This document shows, in pieces, positions 25,701-36,657 of a stretch of DNA of 64,000 nt. The position numbers and the translations under genes were made by a program. This DNA is from Lytechinus pictus (Eukaryota), in NCBI RefSeq assembly GCF_037042905.1, contig NC_087249.1:46066001-46130000 (forward strand). The letters run 5' to 3'. Below the pieces are notes generated by a model. That model did not search any database and was not told the origin of the DNA. It was given only the letters and a program-made list of their open reading frames with translations. The number at the start of each line of letters is the position of its first letter. The first letter of the stretch is position 1.

Positions 25701-25800
25701 ACACAAGGTAGTCATGTCGGCATTTATTCGCAGTATTCCAGCATGCCCTGCTTAAGACATGGTTCATGTTTATTTACCTACGTGACCGAAGACAGCCAAT
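22790..25800 (+). repeat. Old, highly diverged tandem array (~130-200 bp unit)
   Basis: Motif A (TTTTCCAGGCTGGATG-like) at ~22805, 23760, 24105, 24388, 24595, 24885, 25226, 25367, 25488, 25657 alternates with motif B (gggtagcaatttcggcttttattggcagtc-like). Confidence 0.7.
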
Positions 25801-25942
25801 CATGCACTTTTACTTCCAATAACCAAACCAGATGATCCTGCTAAACAAAACCATGATAAAATGATGTGATTAAAATTTACTCAAGAGTGTTTTTTTTTCT
25901 TTTTCTTTATTTTCCCGATCACTCCAATCTTTTATATATATA

Positions 25943-27771
25943 CACAACAAAAAAAAGTAAGTTCCCCTTAAACAAACATCAATAATTTCCGAACCAATGC
26001 GAGTTTTTAATATATTTTTACATGAGCGTGTAGGTAATTTTATAAGCTACCCTCTGAGTAAACGTTATGGACGTATTTCACTTCATGCTTCAGTGAGCAC
26101 CGTCAGAAGGCAAAAATGTCACTTTTCAAAAGTCACAAGCCAAATATCATGACTTTGATTCCATTTTATTGGAACTAATTCCACATTCTCATCATAAAAA
26201 ATAGTCAGAAGGCTTGTAAAAGTACTCTCTAAAAGACGATACAACTTTTTTGGCTAAAATTCACGGTTGAATAATCACAAGTCCAAATTTGCTATAATTG
26301 GATTTTTTTTACACATCTATATCAATAAAAATGATAGAATATGATGACAGATATTTTTGAAAGAGTTTCTTCAACAATATTCATCGTTTCACGGTTCAAT
26401 GAACATTCATTGAAAACAAAAAATACGTTTTTCAAATATAATAGGCAAGTATTGGTTCATTTTGGGAACTGAAAATGATCTTTTCTCAAGTTCAAGGCCT
26501 TGGCCCCACTCTGTATAGTATCGAATGGTTATTTTGGTGTGCGCGCCTTTTGGATAATGTTACTTTGAAGCCATGTACGAAGTTTCATGAAATAACTATT
26601 GGCAGAAGTAACAAAAACCGTCCATGAAACAAACCCTCATTTCATATTTGTTAAAATTTTGACTTCGTCTCTCACACTTGTGTACATTATGGGTGCACAT
26701 GTTTAAGAATAAGTAACCCCTTATTCAATATGGTGGAACTTTTTTTCACGGCTGTCTTTAGCAATGTCATTTGGCAGTAATGTTTATCAACCTATGGGCA
26801 GAATTCTGTGCAAAAATGAAATCGATTTGTTTATTTATGGATGAGTGCAGCACGCATCAAAGTGGGAAAATTGGTATTTTCAATGTCACAGACTCATTTT
26901 AAAGGGTAATAAAGTGAATATTGGGGGCAAATTCGGTTTCAAATAAAACTTTAATTGCTATTGTTTTTATCATCCATCATTTCTATCACCACACACTTTC
27001 CGAACTTTAAACATTTTCATGGTTGAGCGAGCACATTCGAAAACTTAGGAACTTAGGAACTCTTTATACTGCATAAATGTATTCTTTTCCTAACAATTTC
27101 TCATGATCAGTTTAATTTATGGACAAATTAGTGGTGGGTCCAGAATATTAAAATGGGGGAGGGGCCTATAATCGAGGGAGCCACCAACATTTTCAAATTT
27201 TAACATGATCTAACAAGTTGTAGAGGATACTACCATAAACCCCTATGATGATACGTCACAATACAGGGGCCGGGGAAGGGTTTTCAAAGTGGGGGGGGGG
27301 GCTGACCATGCAAAAAATCAACAATCGTATGGTCATTTTTACATTTTTTTACATGCTTTTGGAAAAAAGTGGGGGGGGGGGACTGAAGCTCCCCGCCCAG
27401 TCCCCCCCCCCCCGCTTCCACGGCCCCTGCAATACATTGTGCTCACTCAACCATGAACATTAATATCAAAATTGTGTGTGGAGTGGCTAAATGATGGATA
27501 GTAAAACAGCATAACACCATAAAATTCACCTAAAGACAACATTTGCCCAACTTTGTATTTGCACAATCTGAAAAACGACTCTTGTGACTTTCGAAAATGG
27601 TCATTTTTAATTCAATCTTTAATTACTCATGCATGACTCAACCGATCAATCTTATTTTTCCCCAGGAGTTGCTTAATGAGTGTAGAAAACCACCTACAGA
27701 ATATATCTCAAAATAATTCCGTTCAAAAGTTACAGCAATTTGATTTAGGGGGACTTACTTTTTTTGTTGTG
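25943..27771. mobile_element. Non-autonomous Tc1/mariner-like element (1.8 kb)
   Basis: TA|cacaacaaaaaaaagtaagttcccct ... gggggacttactttttttgttgtg|TA. Confidence 0.85.
27264..27429. mobile_element. Short nested DNA transposon with 5-bp TSD (hAT5-like)
   Basis: caata|CAGGGGCCG...CGGCCCCTG|caata. Confidence 0.75.
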
Positions 27772-28219
27772 TATACTTTGATTATCTTTGATTTGTTTAT
27801 GTAACTTTTATAGTGGAATTTGATGTAAATGATTTGTATGTTGATGATTTATCAATAAAAAAAAAAAAAAATCAGAATTTATGGCAGTCGCCTTGCGGAC
27901 TTGGATTTTACCTCATTCCTTTTAAGCAGATATGTCGATGTTCTTATTTTTAGCTAATTCTGTTTTTAGTTTAATCTAAAGTTTCCACAATGATGCCGCT
28001 GTTCAAATTGATTTTTGTTTTGTTTAACAGAACCCCAGTGACACGGAGAGCCTAATTGGTTGATTGTTTCTTTGTTGAATATTGTAGTAATTAAAAAACA
28101 GGTTGTAGGTCCATGCTCGAAAGAAGCAGGAGCAACGACGGTGAGGTTGACGACAATCGCTACAGCGTCGGTAATTGCACAGGCACCGCGAAAACAGCAG
28201 ACAATTTGGGTAGTGACAT

Positions 28220-29090
28220 CGAATGCAGCCGGCAAATGCAGCGGAGAAGGGAGAAGCAGCAGCAGCTGTGGCGTATGCAGCCGGCAAAGCGACGGGGACG
28301 GGAGAGGCAGTGCGAATGCAACTGGCAAAAGCGACGGAAAAGGGAGAGTTAGGCGGGAGTTAGGGCGAGTGCAGTCGGCAAAAGCGGCGAAGAAGGTAGA
28401 GGCAGAGCGAAGGCAGCGATCAAAAGCGGCGGAGACGAGAGAGGCAGTGCGAAGCAGCCGGCAAAAGCGACGGAAAAGGGAGTTAGGGCGAGTGCAGCCG
28501 GCAAAAGCGACGGAGAAGGGAGAGTCAGTGCGAATGCAGCCGGCAAAAGCGACAGAGAAGGGAGAGGCATTGCAAAGCAGCCGGCAAAAGAGGCGAAGAA
28601 GGGAGAGGCAGTGCAAATGCAGCCGGCAAAAGCGGCGAACAAGAGAGAGGCAGTGCGAAGCAGCCGGCAAAAGCGACGGAAAAGGGAGAAGTCCTGGCGA
28701 ATGCAGCCGGCAAAGCGACGTAGAAGGGAGAGGCAGGGCGAATGCAGCCGGCAAAAGCGACGAAGACGGGAGAAGTCGTGGCGAATGCAGCCGGCAAAAG
28801 CGGCGAACAAGAGAGAGGCAGTGCGAAGCAGCCGGCAAAAGCGGCGAAGAAAGGAGAAGTCCTGGCGAATGCAGCCGGCAAAGCGACGTAGAAGGGAGAG
28901 GCAGGGCGAATGCAGCCGGCAAAAGCGACGAAGACGGGAGAAGTCGTGGCGAATGCAGCCGGAAAAAATGGCAGGGCGAATGCAGCCGGCAAAAGCGACG
29001 AAGACGGGAGAAGTCGTGGCGATTGCAGCCGGAAAAAAAGCTCCGGAAAACTGGAAAAGGGAGAGGCGGGGCGAGTGCAGCGTGCGAACA
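28220..29090. repeat. GC/purine-rich minisatellite, ~40 bp unit, ~20 copies, with a higher-order duplication
   Basis: Approximate consensus gcgaatgcagccggcaaaagcg(a/g)cgaagaagggagaggca. A ~170-bp block at ~28617 recurs at ~28786. Confidence 0.92.
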
Positions 29091-29940
29091 CGGCAGTGAT
29101 AGCGAAGGGTTAATGTGCATATTTATGTCTAAATGTCAATATTTATGTATTTGTTTATATTTATGTATATGTTAGTGCCTGGTTGTGAAATATTTATTAT
29201 TTATTCATCTTCCATTCACTGGGGTTTTTATATACTAACCATATTTCATATTACATAATTTTGTTTGTTTTGGTTTAGATCACCTTTCTGTTACACTAAC
29301 CCGGGGTCATGCTGCTACCTTCACGCGGTGACTCTGTTACGTGCAAGGGCGTCACGAGTAAAAAGGATGCAAGGGGCAGTCAACTTTGCTAAAACAGTTG
29401 AAGTTATGATTTGCCGCAGTTTTGGGGGAAAGTTATACACAATATAAAAGTTAGCTTGCAGAACAAGAAAAAAGTTGATGCCCAAAACTTGGTAATGCCC
29501 TTGCACTACCAAAGCAGCAATTAACGTGATTTATCTTTTTAAATTAATTTCTCTTGTGGTGTTCGTTTCGTATTGTAATTCATCTCATAGTATTTGATTA
29601 TTTCAAATGTAACCACTAACATGACTACAGAAAATGAAAGAGCACTCAATAGCTGAAATCCGTCTGTTTGGAGGAGTTTTAAAACAGTTTTGTACTTTTT
29701 TTTTCTTGTAAGGAAGCAAGACGAAGCCCAGCGGAGCTACCACAGCCGACGAAACAGACTGAAGCTTTACTCGACCTACATGCATAATTATATGGTACGT
29801 TTTACAATCGGGGTAACCAAACTGTGTCATTTGTCGAAAGTTGTTTTGTGTTTTTTCCTCAATTTGTCTGTGGATGTTGAAAACGACTCAAATTATCATT
29901 CTTTAGAATTTTGAGGCATAAGGTCACCCACTTATTTTAT

Positions 29941-30897
29941 TTTTGTCTCACCTGCATAGCAGAGTGAGACTATAGGCGCCGCTTTTCCGACGGCGACGGC
30001 GACGGCGGCGTCAACACCAAATCTTAACCTGAGGTTAAGTTTTTGAAATGACAGCATAACTTAGAAAGTATATGGACCTAGTTCATGAAACTTGGCCATA
30101 AGGTTAATCAAGTATTACTGAACATCCTGCCTGAGTTTCATGTCACATGACCAAGGTCAAAGGTCATTTAGGGTCAATGAACTTAGACCATGTTGGGGGA
30201 ATCAACATCAAAATCTTAACCTAAGGTTAAGTTTTTGAAATGTCATCATAACTTAGAAAATATATGGACCTAGTTCATGAAACTTATACATAAGGTTAAT
30301 CAAGTATCACTGAACATCCTGCATGAGTTTCACATCACATGACCAAGGTCAAAGGTCATTTAGGGTCAATGAACTTTGGCCGAATTGGGGGTATCTGTTG
30401 AATTACCATCATAACTTTGAAAGTTTATGGATCTGATTCATGAAACTTGGACATAATAGTAATCAAGTATTACTGAACATCCTGTGCAAGTTTCAGGTCA
30501 CATGATCAAGGTCAAAGGTCATTTAGGGTCAATGAACTTTGGCCAAATTTGGGTATTTGTTGAATTACAGCCATAAATTTGAAAGTGTGTTGGTCTAGTT
30601 CATAAAACTTGGACATAATAGTAATCAAGTATCACTGAACATCCTGTGCGAGTTTCAGGTCACATGATCAAGGTCAAAGGTCATGTAAGGTCAAAGAACT
30701 TTGGCCACGTTGGGGGTATTTGTTGAATTGCCATCATATCTCTATAAGTGTATTGGTCTAGTTCATAAAACGTGGAAATAAGAGTAACCAAGTATCACTG
30801 AACATCTTGTGCGAGTTATAGTAGTTTTCAAAATCAGCACTGCTGCTATATTGAATCGCGTGATGCAGGTGAGACGGCCAGAGGCATTCCACTTGTT
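29941..30897 (+). mobile_element. Tsp/pearl/DINE-1-type (Helentron-associated, HINE-like) element with ~5 internal ~180-bp tandem repeats
   Basis: 5' ttttgtctcacctgca and 3' inverted tgcaggtgagac ending ...cttgtttt; (cgacgg)n microsatellite; core repeats containing aaggtcaaaggtca; inserted in a T run. Confidence 0.8.
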
Positions 30898-30945
30898 TTA
30901 TATATGGGTTCATCTTGAAAAATAATGTCCTATCGACCATGTCGA

Positions 30946-32538
30946 CAGTGGCGTAACAGGCAGGGGGTGGGCAGGCGGGCAGGCTCCCCCCTCCCCTGGC
31001 GGATTTCACCGGGAAAATGACAAAAAACGGGAAAATGAGAAAAGGGAGGGAGAAAGAAAGGGAAGGGAAAGGAAAGGAAAGGGGAAAAAGAGGAAAGGAT
31101 TAAAAAGGAAAGGGAAAAGGTGAAAAGAAAACTAAGAAAAAACTTTTTTTTTAATGGAAAACGGAAGGAAAGCGGGAAAAGAAACGAAAGAAGAACATGA
31201 AAGAACAAGCCATTCCGAAATAGATTAAGAAAGGGAAATTAATTAAAAAAGGACAAAATAGCAAACAAAGCGGGAAATGAAGTTAGAATGGAATGAGCCA
31301 AAAGCTAAATTGGAAAACCAAGAAAAGGGACAAGAAGAAAAGAAAGAAATTAGAAGAACCTCATAACACGACCGGGCTGGCGAGGATTAAAGATAAAGAA
31401 CGGGAAGAAAGATGGACTGCATACAAAACTATGTTGTAAGCTTGCTAAATTTTATGCAATAACGGTCACAATCATTACTTTTGGCTAATCTCCAAATCTA
31501 CCGGGGAATTTGCCCCAGACCCCACCCACTCAGTAGGGGCTTCATCTATAAATTTCAAAGGACTCTATAACGCCCCCCCCCCTCCTGTATGGACCCTTCC
31601 TACATCAGCTTTACGCTCAATCACTGTCACTTGCGTACAGGGGGGGGGGGGAGGCTTAGGGGAATTAAAGAAAATATAGGAGGCAACATAATGAAACGAA
31701 TGGAAACAATGAAATGTGTTATTTGCTGAATATAATGGGAACAAATCTGTCACATAATTTGAATTTCATATCAAAAGGCAACATATTTTCGGGCTCGCTT
31801 CGCTCGCTGGCGACTTTTTACAATTTTTCCCTCCTTGCTATGATGTGTCCCCTCAAAATATTTGGTTCATTACGCAACTGTTTTGAATTAATGTTGTGTA
31901 AAAGTTATATACTGTATATACCCGCGCCTTGAAAAAAAATAACGGCAATCTGTAAGGTTTAAAATGGCTTTGATATCAAGAGGTCTCCGCCCCGGACCAA
32001 TTCCGTATAGCACTGGCGTACAAATGGAATGATTGGGCCATGGCCCCAAAAAGTTCTACAACCAAGAACAAAAAAAAGTTTAAGATATGATGTTATTTAC
32101 TGTGTCAAGAAAAGTGTCAAATATCTCAAAGCTAGATTCTTATGAAAAGGTAATTTTTATCTTGCTCGCATCGCTCTCCGGGAAATATGTTAAGCAGCTT
32201 TTTGGCACATGCGCCCTTCTTCGCCCCTCTTTTTCGCGCACAATCCTGTTCACAGTGGCGTACAGACGCCCCCCCCCCCCCAAAAAAAAAAAAAGGAAAG
32301 AGAGAAGGGTGAAAAATGATATTATTTTCTGAATATTTTGTCAAAATCTATCACAAAATTTGACTTTTTGTAATAAAATTGAAAAAAAAATTGTCGGACT
32401 TCTGTCCGATGCGCCACATAATATGAACTCTCAAAATTTTTGCCCCATTACACCACTGCCTATTTATTCATACCATGATGTGACCGGGAAATTTTTGGCT
32501 CCCCCCCCCCCCGGACACCGACCCCTGTTACGCCCTTG
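30946..32538 (+). mobile_element. Non-autonomous hAT element
   Basis: CAGTGGCGTAACAGG...CCTGTTACGCCCTTG termini; degenerate 8-bp TSD catgtcga/cctgtcta (6/8). Confidence 0.7.
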
Positions 32539-33553
32539 CCTGTCTATTTTTCGGATCCGACACGTAGGGTCCAATTCTGTCACCTCTTGGGAAGAGGGGT
32601 ATATTTAGGTGAAATTTACCCGATTGTAAAACATTCCATATAATATGCAGTCATGTAGGCCGAAATAAGCTTCAGTCTCTGTTTCGTCGGCTATGGTCGT
32701 TCTGGTTATTCATTCGAATTTACTGCTTAATGATTTTTCATATTGTCTTCATGGCTACCAAGTTAACTTGCTTTTTTCCCATTTTTTAAATGATCTCGGA
32801 TAATTTCTGAACTCCAAATAAAATTGTTTTCAACCTTTAAAAAAAACATAATACTTTTGGTGCTCTCACCCGGGATTTTTGCAAATAACTGGACGTTTCT
32901 CTTGGCAATGTATATTGCCCTTTTATGTTGTATTGATATCTATTTCGAAATTTATGCTTGGTATAATTCATTTCTATCATGATTCATCCCACTTTTTTTC
33001 CTTCCATCAATCTTATCTCCTTTCCAGTGATTACTCCCTTTCATATTCGTTCTTTTGAGCCTGGGCAAGAAGGCTCAATCATGAAACTGCTTTGCCGCCA
33101 CCTGTTGTTAAGAAATATACATTCAGTGTACTTGATAGGATGAATTTGACACGTTCGTGTTGGAGAATGAAAAAAAAAAGAATGGCGACAAAATGGAAAG
33201 GGCCTCTCCGGCTCGGCTCTCCCCATATCAAAGGGAGTGTATTTTGATAGCCCCCCCCCCCCTCCTTTATCAGTGGGTGTCTCTGCATTCTCGAAAATTA
33301 CTTCATGCATTTGTTATTGTACCTTCTCGATTTGAAGATAAAATGATTTTCTTAATGTCTTCTTTTAACATGTTTAAAAAATTGTGAAAATCTGCCAACT
33401 GTTGTTGTTCTTCTGTGAAGGAAATACATTATCCCGGTACATTATATATTTTTATATGAGGAAACTGGGTTTCATCCATTTCAAACCCAACTAGATATCA
33501 AGATAGGAATAAGGCGTGAATAGGGGATTATGCCTATTTGACAATTATGTAGG

Positions 33554-34592
33554 CAGCGGCGTAACAGGGGTCGGTGGCCAGGGGGAGGGGGGCAAGAGCC
33601 AAAAATTTCCCGTTCATGTCATGGTATGAACAACAAACGTAATGGTGTAATGAAGCGACTATTTTGAGAAGGCCAGATATTGCGTATCGTGCAGAATTTA
33701 TCTTTTAAAAAAAAGTTGCCAGCGAGCGAAGCTGGCGAGCAAAAATTTTGACCTTTTTAATACAAAAATCAAATTTTGTGATAGATTTTGGCATTCACTC
33801 TTCTCTCTTTGGATTCCTGTGAACAGGATTCTTTGCGGCAGTATATAGCACATGCGCTAAAAAGCTGCTTTATTTTAAGTCCCGAGCGAGCGAAGCAAGC
33901 GAGAAAAATCACCTTTTCATGAGAATCTAACTTTGATCTATTTTTTACATTATATTCAGTAAATAAAATCATATCCTGCACCTTTCCTTTGCTTTTCTTT
34001 CCTCTTTTTTTCTTGTTTGTAGAACTTTTATAAATAAATTTATTTTATTAATGAATTGTTTCCATTAATTTCATTATACGTTGTCTCCTATAATTTATTT
34101 TATTTCCTCTTGGGTGTGGAACCAAGACCCCCCCCCCTGCGCCTGTATGCCAGTGATTCAACGGGGGGGGGGGGGCGTTATAGAGCCATTTGAAGGTTAT
34201 AAATGAGCCCCTACTGCGTGGGGTCTGGGGCAAAGCCCCGGTAGCTTATTTGCATAAAATTTAGCAAGCTTATAATATTATAGCACAATGTTGTATGCAG
34301 TCCATCTTTCTTCTCGCTCTTTAATTTCAATCATCGGCAGCCCGGTCGTGTTATTATTTTTTTCTTGTCCCTTTTCTTTGTTTTCCAATTTAGCTTTTGA
34401 CTAACCATTCTACCTTCGTTTTCCGCTATTGGTTGCCAGTTTGTCATCTTAATTTATTTCCCACCGTGGTATTGCATTACATAGGCCTATTTCGGAAAAA
34501 TATGTTCTTTCACCCTCCTTTTTTTTTCCCCCGCTTTTATTTTATTTTCCCGGTGAAATCCGCCAGCTTGCCCCCCGCCTGTTACGCCACTG
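33554..34592 (-). mobile_element. Non-autonomous hAT element, same family as 30946-32538 in opposite orientation
   Basis: CAGCGGCGTAACAGG...CCTGTTACGCCACTG; TSD tatgtagg/tatgtaag. Internal 34245-34355 is the reverse complement of ~31363-31462. Confidence 0.85.
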
Positions 34593-34836
34593 TATGTAAG
34601 CCTTCTTTTGTTCACCTCTATTCACGTTACCCAATTTCATCTAATATTTTCTGAAAAATCACTTCAGAAAGACATTTGAGAACGGATCGAGTTCGACCAG
34701 CTTTTACTCATCTTCTATGAAATCTAAAAAAAAAGGGAATCTTCTAATCGTCTTGAATATTTATTCAGTTTACTTTTATCTAAAGGCAGTTCACATTCGA
34801 CACATGCATGATTAACAATGAGTAAAATCAAACGAT

Positions 34837-34871
34837 TCTTTCTTGAGAGTTTGGTGGCTCTAAAAAGAGCC
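34837..34871 (-). terminator. H3 histone 3' stem-loop and U7-binding downstream element
   Basis: GGCTCTTTTTAGAGCC (34871-34856), then ACCA, then CAAGAAAGA (34845-34837). Confidence 0.97.
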
Positions 34872-34901
34872 GTTTAATACCGTTAGAGAAAAACGATATA
34901 T

Positions 34902-35336
<435 letters not shown>

Positions 35337-35361
35337 CTAATAAATTTCGAATGTTCCGCGC

Positions 35362-35436
35362 TGGTATATATACCACCGCCTACCAGACGCTGATTGGTCG
35401 ATGTGATGAATAGAAATCCGCTCGATGATCATTGGT
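35362..35436 (-). promoter_or_regulatory. H3 promoter: TATA box and two CCAAT boxes
   Basis: TATATATA at ~35366-35373; ATTGG on + (CCAAT on -) at 35393 and 35431. Confidence 0.8.
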
Positions 35437-36194
35437 CCCTTTTGGTCATCGTAAATTTCCTCATGCATTATGCATCAAATTCACGATCCACCTGTTAGCG
35501 AAAGAGAACCTTAAAATCATCATAATATTTGTTCTATGGCTCACATTATTGATTCATACTAGCATACACTTGAAAATTTACAACGTCACTGAATTATAAT
35601 ACATACCTGGTTTGAAATATGTCTCATAAGGATAAAAATAGCATACATTTCTTCAGCAATGGTGACGGAAGATCGTACATATTATGAATAATTCATGAGT
35701 ATTCCGACCCTTCGAAAACGCAAAGCTTGGTAGTGTTTTATCGAAAAATAATTATACCATCCATTCAACATGCAAAATTTTCTCACATACATTGAAAATT
35801 GTTATATTACAGAGCTCTGGTTTACTAAATTAATTTTTAAGTGCTTTACGAAGCAAAAAAGCGCAAAGTTATCGTCGATTACCATAAGCGAAGGATCGTA
35901 GAGCTAATGAATTATTCATGAATCGACGACTCCTCCGTAAATGCGCAGCTTCTTAGTTTTATCGAAATATCTAGAAAATTCTTCGGAAACGATACAATAT
36001 ATATCATTCAGCATGTAACAATTAATATTTATTGCATTTTCATGAAGAAATATTGCTAATGCAGCGTCATTTTATTGAAAATTTGTAAGTTTTTCCCCAT
36101 AAATCGTCAGTCCGCTTCTGGCGGCAAATTGAAAAGCCATTTTTTCCGAAGTGACGGGTTGCTCGGTATGGGAGAACAAAGGACTGGTAGCGTG

Positions 36195-36226
36195 GGTCAC
36201 TCGCGTCCGCATTGGGGCTATAAATA
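36195..36226 (+). promoter_or_regulatory. H4 promoter: GTCCGC-containing H4 element and TATA box
   Basis: tcactcgcgtccgc followed by TATAAATA at 36219-36226, ~55 nt before the ATG. Confidence 0.75.
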
Positions 36227-36244
36227 ACGGTGAAACTCTGCTAA

Positions 36245-36589
<345 letters not shown>

Positions 36590-36622
36590 GAAGTATTTTT
36601 CTTCTAACCAAACAACCAAACC

Positions 36623-36657
36623 GGCTCTTTTCAGAGCCACCAAATATCCAAGAAAGA
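36623..36657 (+). terminator. H4 histone 3' stem-loop and downstream element
   Basis: GGCTCTTTTCAGAGCC (36623-36638), then ACCA, then CAAGAAAGA (36649-36657). Confidence 0.97.

Noticed and set aside
27966-29175. Long overlapping ORFs as real genes
   Set aside because: Both strands and several frames are open because the unit lacks stops, and units shift frame repeatedly.
12302-29900. Telomerase RNA, snoRNA or tRNA within the non-coding region
   Set aside because: By eye I found no extended CTAACCCTAA template, no convincing C/D or H/ACA box pairs and no cloverleaf. An Infernal/tRNAscan run is needed to exclude them formally.
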